Origin: a bacterium
Lineage (GTDB): Bacteria; Babelota; Babeliae; Babelales; JABCYS01
Assembly (NCBI GenBank): GCA_027452085.1
Contig: DAIDHG010000013.1
Span: 1,538-22,701 of the forward strand
Reading direction: 5' to 3'
DNA: 21,164 nucleotides
Shown here: positions 1 to 7,358 of the stretch, piece after piece
Layout: each line of letters starts with the position of its first letter
Position numbering within the stretch: the stretch's first letter is position 1
Notes under the pieces: model-generated
Told to the model about the DNA's origin: nothing
Seen by the model: the letters and a program-made list of their open reading frames with translations, nothing else
Databases searched by the model: none
Position numbers and translations under genes: made by a program

Positions 1-219
1 TCGGAAAGTAAAACGAAAGAGCTCGCGCTCGCTCGGCAAGTTGCCATGTATCTCATGAAAAAATTAACGAGCAAATCGTTACAAGAAATTGGTTATTTCT
101 TGGGGCGCAAAGATCATTCAACGGTGCTCCACGGATTTAATAAAATTAAGAATTGGATTGAGTCGTCTCCTGATTTCTCAGCACAACTGATGGCGTTGGA
201 AGCAAAAATTCTGAGCTAA
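1..219 (+). CDS. dnaA: Chromosomal replication initiator DnaA, C-terminal DNA-binding domain IV (5' partial; absent from ORF track)
   Basis: Manual translation of frame 1: SESKTKELALARQVAMYLMKKLTSKSLQEIGYFLGRKDHSTVLHGFNKIKNWIESSPDFSAQLMALEAKILS*, TAA at 217-219. RQxAMYL..SLxxIG..DHSTV is the DnaA domain IV signature. Confidence 0.93.
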   Translation, partial: SESKTKELALARQVAMYLMKKLTSKSLQEIGYFLGRKDHSTVLHGFNKIKNWIESSPDFSAQLMALEAKILS

Positions 220-1265
220 GAGGTATACACATCCCAATTGGCTAACTGAGCATTTTTGCGATCGCGCTTCGTTCTAAAAAAGCGGTCTTTCATACATTTG
301 GTTGCCAATTTCTTATACCAATCAAAATAGCTGTCTACCACGAATCGTTCTTTCAATCCAACGAGCGCACGGAAATTTTCAGTATCAATGACAACCATTT
401 TTCCAGTGTCTTCTTCGATCATGAAATTTTGCAAATGTGGGTCAATGCGGTATTGGGCAAATTGGCTCAATCTCAAACACCTTTTTGAATTTACAAAATC
501 AAACCACGGCCTATCTTGGGCCTTGATGCAGTCAGCAATAATAGCATAGAGCCCTGGAATGGTTGTTTTATAGCCCCGATCGCAATTTCCCATATTCTTT
601 CCCTCTACCACAAGCCAGCGCGGCTCTTGAGGCAGCCAATACCATTTCCGCGGAAAGTCGACGACCTTTGACCAATAGGCGTCGTGCTGCACTAATTTTT
701 GTATCTCTTCAAGGTTTTTGATTCGCGTAAAGCCAGTTAAATGGCGCATGATGCCACCGCCCATAATAAAAAAGAAGCCTGGCTCCATGCCTTTACTAAA
801 TGGTGAAACAAAGTTTTTTGGCGTTTCAGAAAATAGTTTTACGACAAACGGATACTTTTTAAATTTCAGCACTAAAGCCCCGCACTCATTTACGTAGCTA
901 TAATCAGTATCCTTCAGCACTTCAAAATCGGTAAAACGCTTTCTGTGTTGGGCAAGCTCTTTGAGCAAACCTTCAATGAGCTGGCTCAATATTTCACCCG
1001 GTACTGATTGCGTTGTATCACGGCGGAACGAAATGGCATGGTGCGGTAACAGATGGGTATCAAAAAACTCTTTATCGTAGGGCCGAAAAATTGGGCCGTA
1101 TTCCAGGTGGGAATCTTTGAGCGTAAATTTTTTATCGGGCTCATGTTGCCAGTAGGTAGTGATTTCGGGCACATGTACCGATGGTCGCAAAATACTTCGG
1201 TTGGCCGCTTCAAGCGGTAATGCACCAAGCAGTATTAAAAATAAGTTACTCAATCGTGCCATCAT
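216..1265 (-). CDS. Exported hypothetical protein with putative protein-kinase-like fold (349 aa)
   Basis: Likely start is ATG 1265 (MMARLSNLFLILLGALPLEA, signal-peptide-like). Motifs FVVK, DPHLQNFMI and VVIDTE occur in kinase order. Stop overlaps the dnaA end by 4 nt, convergently. Confidence 0.7.
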   Translation of the reverse strand: MMARLSNLFLILLGALPLEAANRSILRPSVHVPEITTYWQHEPDKKFTLKDSHLEYGPIFRPYDKEFFDTHLLPHHAISFRRDTTQSVPGEILSQLIEGLLKELAQHRKRFTDFEVLKDTDYSYVNECGALVLKFKKYPFVVKLFSETPKNFVSPFSKGMEPGFFFIMGGGIMRHLTGFTRIKNLEEIQKLVQHDAYWSKVVDFPRKWYWLPQEPRWLVVEGKNMGNCDRGYKTTIPGLYAIIADCIKAQDRPWFDFVNSKRCLRLSQFAQYRIDPHLQNFMIEEDTGKMVVIDTENFRALVGLKERFVVDSYFDWYKKLATKCMKDRFFRTKRDRKNAQLANWDVYTS

Positions 1266-1337
1266 AGTGTTTCTTCTCAAGCAGTTTGGCTGTCGTATAT
1301 TTCTGACAAGTAAAGGCACTCTCATGTAACGCTCCTA

Positions 1338-1399
1338 CAAAATACCACTCTCTTGGCTTCGACGAGCGGGGCTCCACTCGCCTAAAAGAGTGTATTTTG
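1338..1399 (-). other. Long bulged intergenic RNA hairpin (possible cis-regulatory, processing or stability element)
   Basis: Minus strand CAAAAUAC-ACUCUUUU-A-GGC-GAGUGG-[AGCC]-CCGCUC-GUCGAA-GCC-AAGAGAGU-G-GUAUUUUG gives about 25 bp; two stem positions pair as G-U only on this strand. Confidence 0.55.
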
Positions 1400-1446
1400 C
1401 TAGTCGCTGTCTTAAGCAATACGCTGAGATAATCGAACCCCAAAAT

Positions 1447-2589
1447 TTATGCATACTTGGCGCAATATTGCGTAATGCCATCACAAATACCACGCGCCAA
1501 CGTATCTTGATACGTGGTCGTATTTAAACGGATTGCTTCCTGTTCATTTGATAAAAAGCCAAGTTCAATTAATACCGATGGCATGTTGGTACCAAGCAAC
1601 ACCTGAGAGATTGCCTTTTTCACTTTTAAATCAGGCACATTTGGGTAATTTCGATGAATACTGTTCAAGGTGAGCTGGTGAACATTTTGTGCCAGAATTG
1701 CACTCTGCTCATCTCGCCATGTTTGGCGCTGCTGGCTCATGTTATGGTGATTGGCAGTATACACATCGACTGTTGCTGGAAGATTTAGAAAATAGGTTTC
1801 AATGCCAGCCGTTGTAGGGCGCGGTGAACTATTGGCGTGAATCGAAACAAAAAGATCTGCGCCCCATTCATTGGCAAAGGTAGTTCGTTCATCAAGTGGT
1901 ACAAATACATCATGCGCTCTCGTTGTTGCCACCGTAAATCCGGCGTGCTGTAAATGCTGTGCAACCTTTGCCCCTACTTGATAAGCAATATCTTTTTCAC
2001 GAATATTAAAATGGCCTACGGCACCGCTATCTTCTCCCCCATGGCCTTGATCTATCACAATCCTAGTGCCTTTTGCTAAACGGTGCGGCGCTGAATTGTG
2101 ATCTTTCAATTGTTCAAGCACATCCAAATGATGTAATTGGAATACAACGCCAGGCTGCTGCTGAATTGAATTGAAGGTAGCGTAGGTAATACGCACCTTT
2201 CTGGGGTCAAATGAAAATTGAAACATGATCCCGTCAATGGGGGTGGTCACTTCAGCCACTTGAATTTTATACCACGGCGTTACCTGCGTTTGATTGAGCT
2301 GTTGAGATCCGGGAGCATTATGCGTTATTCGTCCTTCTTTATTGATACGATCGATCGCCGCACGAGCTTCAGCGGATGATACCTTAGCCTTAGGGATCAT
2401 GAATTTAACCACGGCCTGGTTCTCAGCCACTTTGCGAACCGGAATGAGATTCACGACAGGACGCTCTGCAAAGTAGCAGCCAATGTTATCGGTAATAGCA
2501 CCGCGATGATAAAAAAAGCGATTAAGCTTGTTCAGCTGCGCGTGTGCTGTTGCACACATAAGCAGCAGTAATAATGTACAGTAACGCAT
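1447..2589 (-). CDS. N-acetylmuramoyl-L-alanine amidase (Amidase_3, AmiA/AmiC-like), exported
   Basis: Signal peptide; IVIDQGHGGEDSGA, EKD, SIHANS and VLIELGFLSN supply the Zn ligands H/E/H and the catalytic E. Confidence 0.93.
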   Translation of the reverse strand: MRYCTLLLLLMCATAHAQLNKLNRFFYHRGAITDNIGCYFAERPVVNLIPVRKVAENQAVVKFMIPKAKVSSAEARAAIDRINKEGRITHNAPGSQQLNQTQVTPWYKIQVAEVTTPIDGIMFQFSFDPRKVRITYATFNSIQQQPGVVFQLHHLDVLEQLKDHNSAPHRLAKGTRIVIDQGHGGEDSGAVGHFNIREKDIAYQVGAKVAQHLQHAGFTVATTRAHDVFVPLDERTTFANEWGADLFVSIHANSSPRPTTAGIETYFLNLPATVDVYTANHHNMSQQRQTWRDEQSAILAQNVHQLTLNSIHRNYPNVPDLKVKKAISQVLLGTNMPSVLIELGFLSNEQEAIRLNTTTYQDTLARGICDGITQYCAKYA

Positions 2590-2613
2590 AACTTTCTCTC
2601 CTTAAGTGTATCA

Positions 2614-3696
2614 CTACGCAACGCCAGAATCGACCATGATTGCGAAGTTGTGTCGTCTTCCCCATGCTGTTAGGAATGAATTTAAATCATATTTCACTAC
2701 TGTTTTTTCATCTGCATCAAATGCCGGATCATGGCAAATAACCTTTTTGTGTCGCGCATCGTAGCCCACTACCAACAGTAAATGACCAGAGGTATAGCCC
2801 GTTGCACCACCCTTTAATGGCCCCTGCACACTCACCATTACTGGCACACCACGTGCCAGCTGACGATGTAAATCTACAAATGAAGGTAATCGCATATGCC
2901 ACCACGCTCGTTGACAACCCGTTGCTTGAAAAGCAAAGGCAACATTAAAAGGCCAACTGCCAAAAGTATCAAGGCCGGCATCATACACTTCATGCGCGAC
3001 TTGCACGGGATTAACCGGTGCATTGGCCACATAGGCCAACAACATACTTAATGAAGTTGGTGAACACAGATGCGGCGCACGGGGGTGCTGCAAAACCATC
3101 TGTGAATATTTTGGCACATCATCTACGTGAACGGTTTTTAAAACCGGCGCTATTTTCCGACCTGCGTCAGGTATAAATTTTTTAAGATCAGCAATATTTA
3201 CAAACAAGCCACGCAGTTCGCCGAGATCAGCGCCATCGTGGGCCTCTACACGCAAGCGATAGCCATCTGCTAAATCTGGCACTTCCAGCCGCACATGCAT
3301 GCCTTGCGAATCATGTTCTTTGCTTATATAAGAGCGCTGAATAGAGTTGCCCCAATCGATCATTTTATGCCACGGCAACCATTGTTTTGTTTTCGTACTC
3401 CGTGCTTGCACATAAAAGCTAAAATGGCCCGTGTTTGGCTTTAATGCGTTCCATGAAAAGATAAGCTGCGAAAATGGTTGCGTATCAACCTGCAGGAAGG
3501 TAGCCTGATTTTTGTTGTGAAATTGAGCTCGTTCCGCGTTATCAAATTGCTTTGCATAAAACCACGTCCAGGCATTTCGCTCGGATCCCTGCTTGGTCTT
3601 GGTAAAAAATGTAGAATCAAAAATTGATTCTGCCCGCAGCATTGGTTGCGCACACGCACCCAAAAGAACCAATGCCAATAATTGTATAACTCTCAT
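2614..3696 (-). CDS. Exported papain-like cysteine peptidase (Peptidase_C39-like)
   Basis: Signal peptide; SQM..CSPTSLSM (Gln, Cys), GSWPFN, GHLLLVVGYD (His), HDPA (Asp). Confidence 0.85.
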   Translation of the reverse strand: MRVIQLLALVLLGACAQPMLRAESIFDSTFFTKTKQGSERNAWTWFYAKQFDNAERAQFHNKNQATFLQVDTQPFSQLIFSWNALKPNTGHFSFYVQARSTKTKQWLPWHKMIDWGNSIQRSYISKEHDSQGMHVRLEVPDLADGYRLRVEAHDGADLGELRGLFVNIADLKKFIPDAGRKIAPVLKTVHVDDVPKYSQMVLQHPRAPHLCSPTSLSMLLAYVANAPVNPVQVAHEVYDAGLDTFGSWPFNVAFAFQATGCQRAWWHMRLPSFVDLHRQLARGVPVMVSVQGPLKGGATGYTSGHLLLVVGYDARHKKVICHDPAFDADEKTVVKYDLNSFLTAWGRRHNFAIMVDSGVA

Positions 3697-3806
3697 GTAT
3701 TTCCTAAAGATTCAATTTTTGTTGCATAATAGATGCAGCAGTATACGCTATTTGTAGTTCTGATATTAGCGTAACGAAAACCTTTTTCTTAAAACAAGGG
3801 AATACG

Positions 3807-5054
3807 ATGATTAATGAAGGCAATGCTTTGGCCAAGCACACCTTACGCTTGTTTTTACTGATTCCTACAACGTTTTTGGCCCTACATAATGCTTTTGCAC
3901 AGTCAAAAAATAAGATCGCTCCAGCACAGTACGCAATATGCTGCGTGCCCATTGCCGATGTTTTAGGCGGTCCCGTTTCTGCTGAACAGTTTGATTGGTA
4001 TGAACAACCTATATGCGCTGACAATATATGCGGCGCCTGCAAACGAATAGACCAGCTATTATTTAACGAGATGGTTGAAGTAGTAGGCGTTTGTGATGAT
4101 GGCAAACAAGTGCATATCAAATTACCAGGCAAGATGTATGAAACTCATCAGGCAAGAACGCCACGTACCGACGGCTGGGTAGCCCGCAAAAATTTATTAT
4201 TTGTTCGGGATTTAAAGGCAGACAGGAGCGATGCAAAACACCTTCCACCACCGCTGACGCTGGACAAACAAGATCGTGCACATCAACTACAACACACCAT
4301 AACGCTGAAAGAGCCATGCCCGATGCCGGGCACGGGCACATATTTTTCTGTGGGCACACGCTTTGTTATCAAGCAACAGATTAAAAATGGGTATGAGGTG
4401 TGGTGGCTGAACCCCAATAAGGAAAATACGTTGGATGTGTTGCGAATACCTACGCACTATTGCCTGACCTACAATGCATCACTGACTACCGACCAACGGC
4501 GGCACCTTATGATCGATCTGGCACGAAACATGATTCAGCGATCAGGCGAAGTTGCGTATGTTTGGGGTGGCTGCAGCATGATTGCTCCTTGCTATGACAA
4601 GATTGAATATCCAATTAAAAAAACCGGCAACTTAATTTTTGATCGGGCGCAGGATAGTTTGCCGCGAAATGGCATTGATTGTTCAGGGCTCATTTGCCGA
4701 ACGGCTTTAATGGCCGGCATATATATGCCATATAAAAACAGCATTACCATGGCACGTAATTTGCGCGAAATTCACCGCGTACAAGATATTAAAGTTGGCG
4801 ATGTTATTTGGATTCCCGGGCATGTCATGCTCGTGAGCTCATTAGAAAAAAATCTGCTTATTGAAGCGCGCCATTATCTTCATGGCTATGGCCGCGTACA
4901 CGAAATCCCCTTAGCGGAAGAATTTGCGGGCATAAAAACCTATGCAGATTTGATACAAGCTATCAATCAGAAAAAGCCGATCATGAGAAAAGACAGACAT
5001 GGCAACCATGTACAAAAATTGCATGATATCAAAATATTATCTTTGACCGCATAA
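3807..5054 (+). CDS. NlpC/P60 family peptidoglycan endopeptidase (YkfC-like, SH3-like N-terminal region)
   Basis: Signal peptide; QLLFNEMVEV SH3b-like segment; YVWGG, GIDCSGL (Cys) and GDVIWIPGHVML (His). Confidence 0.85.
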   Translation: MINEGNALAKHTLRLFLLIPTTFLALHNAFAQSKNKIAPAQYAICCVPIADVLGGPVSAEQFDWYEQPICADNICGACKRIDQLLFNEMVEVVGVCDDGKQVHIKLPGKMYETHQARTPRTDGWVARKNLLFVRDLKADRSDAKHLPPPLTLDKQDRAHQLQHTITLKEPCPMPGTGTYFSVGTRFVIKQQIKNGYEVWWLNPNKENTLDVLRIPTHYCLTYNASLTTDQRRHLMIDLARNMIQRSGEVAYVWGGCSMIAPCYDKIEYPIKKTGNLIFDRAQDSLPRNGIDCSGLICRTALMAGIYMPYKNSITMARNLREIHRVQDIKVGDVIWIPGHVMLVSSLEKNLLIEARHYLHGYGRVHEIPLAEEFAGIKTYADLIQAINQKKPIMRKDRHGNHVQKLHDIKILSLTA

Positions 5055-5064
5055 AACATTGAAT

Positions 5065-5643
5065 TTAAATCTTAACGATGCGAATCTTACTCACCATAAG
5101 AAGTGCTAATCCGCATACAAGACAACAAATACCTTTTGGTGTGACCAGCCAGGGAAGGTAGGTGGCCAGTTGATGTTGGCAGAGCACAATGAGTGAAAGG
5201 ATAAAGGCAGCCAATGTGGTGGGCACCCCATGAAAATAGGTACTGTTACATTGTACATTGAATCGGGCAAGCCGATATAGTCCAGCACAAAGGTAAGCGA
5301 CCAAAGATGCCATACCAAGTCGCGGACTTATTATGAATTGACTATAAATAAGAACGACCGGCGCCAAACAGAACGAAATACCATCGGCTAAGGAATCTAG
5401 TTCACCACCAAGTTCACTGGTCACTCGCAGAGCCCGTGCTATACGCCCATCAATGCCATCACAAAAAACGGCACCGATCAAACACACTGCCCCTTTGGTT
5501 ACTTCGCCCTCTATCGCATAAAGAATTGCGAATAAACCGAGCGCCGCATTTGCAAAGGTAAGTAATTGGGGAATAGCTCGTGCAACAAGCCGATCTTGCT
5601 TGGTTCGTGCGCGAACTCTGTGCAATAACAAGCGAGCATTCAT
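5065..5643 (-). CDS. pssA: CDP-diacylglycerol--serine O-phosphatidyltransferase
   Basis: CDP-alcohol phosphotransferase motif DGIDGRIAR..SELGGELDSLAD plus RLARFN and FHGVP; directly downstream of psd. Confidence 0.9.
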   Translation of the reverse strand: MNARLLLHRVRARTKQDRLVARAIPQLLTFANAALGLFAILYAIEGEVTKGAVCLIGAVFCDGIDGRIARALRVTSELGGELDSLADGISFCLAPVVLIYSQFIISPRLGMASLVAYLCAGLYRLARFNVQCNSTYFHGVPTTLAAFILSLIVLCQHQLATYLPWLVTPKGICCLVCGLALLMVSKIRIVKI

Positions 5644-5653
5644 ACGCAGATCC

Positions 5654-6307
5654 TCAAATCATTCCTGCGATAACGGTTTGGCCTCCATAAACTCGCTCAC
5701 CCACACGCACCGCTAGCGCGGTATTGGCTGGCAAAAAGAGATCAATCCGTGATCCGAATTTAATCATACCATAGGGGGTAGCTGCTTTCATAGAGTCGCC
5801 CTCTTTTGCCCAGCAAACAATGCGGCGAGCTACGGTTCCGGCAATCTGACGAACGAGAACTGGTCCATAATCGGTGGTTATCAAAAGATCATTTCGTTCA
5901 TTTACCTCAGAAGCTTCGGGTGCCCAGGCAACCTTAAAAAGACCAGCTTTGTGCATAACTTTTCCTATAATGCCTGCTGCGGGCGTCCAATTCACATGCA
6001 CATCAAGGGGAGAGAGGAATATTGAGATACGATAGGCATATGAACCTTCTAATTGATTCTGTGGATCGTGAATGATATCTACCACCTTACCATCGGATGG
6101 TGAGATAACCGCACCGCGCTCATCAAGCAACTTAGGCTTTCTGTTGGGAAAACGAAAAAAATAAACTGAAAAGAGGAAGAATACCAATACCGGTATTAAT
6201 AAGATTGGGAATAGCCAACCGATAATAGGCACGGGCAACACTGTTGCCAAGAAAATTGAACGACCTTCTGTCCAAAGAAGATTGTTTTTAATGTATGTGT
6301 CGATCAT
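5654..6307 (-). CDS. psd: Phosphatidylserine decarboxylase proenzyme (short type)
   Basis: YFFRFP, SPSDGKV, IFLSPLDVHVN, NERN, RQIAG and GMIKFGSR (GS self-cleavage site); GGAGG SD upstream. Confidence 0.93.
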   Translation of the reverse strand: MIDTYIKNNLLWTEGRSIFLATVLPVPIIGWLFPILLIPVLVFFLFSVYFFRFPNRKPKLLDERGAVISPSDGKVVDIIHDPQNQLEGSYAYRISIFLSPLDVHVNWTPAAGIIGKVMHKAGLFKVAWAPEASEVNERNDLLITTDYGPVLVRQIAGTVARRIVCWAKEGDSMKAATPYGMIKFGSRIDLFLPANTALAVRVGERVYGGQTVIAGMI

Positions 6308-6332
6308 GTTACCTCCAGTTATTCATTCAAAA

Positions 6333-6406
6333 TGCGCTCGGCTGGAATTGAACCAGCGGCCTACAAGTTAGGAACCTGTCGCTCTATCCGACTGAGCTAC
6401 GAGCGC
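6333..6406 (-). tRNA. tRNA-Arg(CCT), CCA not encoded
   Basis: GCGCTCGTAGCTCAGTCGGATAGAGCG-ACAGG-TT-CCT-AA-CTTGT-AGGCC-GCTGG-TTCAATT-CCAGC-CGAGCGC-A folds as a full cloverleaf. Confidence 0.95.
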
Positions 6407-6499
6407 AGCGGCTCTTCAAAGTGCGCATCAATGGTCTAGCAAAATATTACTGCGCATCGATCCAAGCATGCCTATTGTATACTATCAACGTGTCGTAAT

Positions 6500-6575
6500 T
6501 GGTGCGCCCGGAAGGACTCGAACCTTCAACCTACGGTTCCGAAGACCGGCGCTCTATCCATTGAGCTACGGGCGC
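6500..6575 (-). tRNA. tRNA-Arg(TCG), CCA encoded
   Basis: GCGCCCGTAGCTCAATGGATAGAGCG-CCGGT-CT-TCG-GA-ACCGT-AGGTT-GAAGG-TTCGAGT-CCTTC-CGGGCGC-ACCA; cloverleaf with a C27:U43 mismatch. Confidence 0.95.
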
Positions 6576-6629
6576 ATACATTTCAAAAGGACCAATGTTG
6601 TACCATAAAATAACTTTTTCGCTACCGGC

Positions 6630-7358
6630 TCAACGCAAAACACAATGAATCAAAAACTCTTTATTGCCCGAACTACCTTCTATGGGCGAATCAATAACTT
6701 CGCTGCAATCAAAGCCTTCGTGCTCGAGCCCCTGCTTTACTCGTTCGATCACTTGGGCATGCACCTTTGGATCTTTGATGACACCTCCAGGGCCTACGTG
6801 CTCTTTGCCCGCCTCAAACTGAGGTTTAATCAGTGCGATTAATTGGCCATGTGGTTTCATTAATTTTTTGACCGCGTCGATCACTTTGAGCAAGGAGATA
6901 AAAGATAAATCAAGGGTGACCAAATCAACCAGCTCCGGCAACGTTTCCAAATGCCGCAGGTTGGTGCGCTCGATCACCACCACGTGTGAATCGTTACGGA
7001 TTTTTTCGTGCACCTGGCCATATCCGACATCAACGCCATATATTTTTGCAGCACCGCGCTGCAGAAGGCAATCGGTAAACCCGCCGGTTGAAAGTCCGGC
7101 ATCGAGCACCACCAGACCATGCACATCTACCTGAAAGTAATCAAGGGCACGTTCAAGCTTATAGCCGGCGCGCGAGACAAATTTTTGCTCAGCCAAGGCA
7201 ACGGAAATTTTTGCATCCTCAGCTACTTGGGCCCCTGGTTTGGTTGCCGGCTTACCTTCAACCGAGACCTTCCCTTGCATGATCAGGCTTTGAATGTGCG
7301 TGCGACTTAACTCAGGATGTTGCTGCGCTACAAGTACGTCTAATCGTTTTTTAGGCAT
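6630..7358 (-). CDS. tlyA: TlyA family rRNA 2'-O-methyltransferase (S4 + FtsJ-like domains)
   Basis: KRLDVL S4 start, FVSRAGYKL, DAGLSTGGFTDCLLQRGA, DLSFISL, LIKPQFEAG, GNKEF. Start overlaps the upstream protease gene by 8 nt. Confidence 0.95.
   Translation of the reverse strand: MPKKRLDVLVAQQHPELSRTHIQSLIMQGKVSVEGKPATKPGAQVAEDAKISVALAEQKFVSRAGYKLERALDYFQVDVHGLVVLDAGLSTGGFTDCLLQRGAAKIYGVDVGYGQVHEKIRNDSHVVVIERTNLRHLETLPELVDLVTLDLSFISLLKVIDAVKKLMKPHGQLIALIKPQFEAGKEHVGPGGVIKDPKVHAQVIERVKQGLEHEGFDCSEVIDSPIEGSSGNKEFLIHCVLR

Noticed and set aside
1266..1446. 6S RNA, SRP RNA or oriC in this 181-bp spacer
   Set aside because: No SRP GGAA-loop motif, pairing covers only about 62 nt, and no TTATCCACA boxes were seen.
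6422..6458. TGCGCATC repeated twice between the tRNA genes
   Set aside because: Only 8 bp; too short to support an att site or a repeat array.
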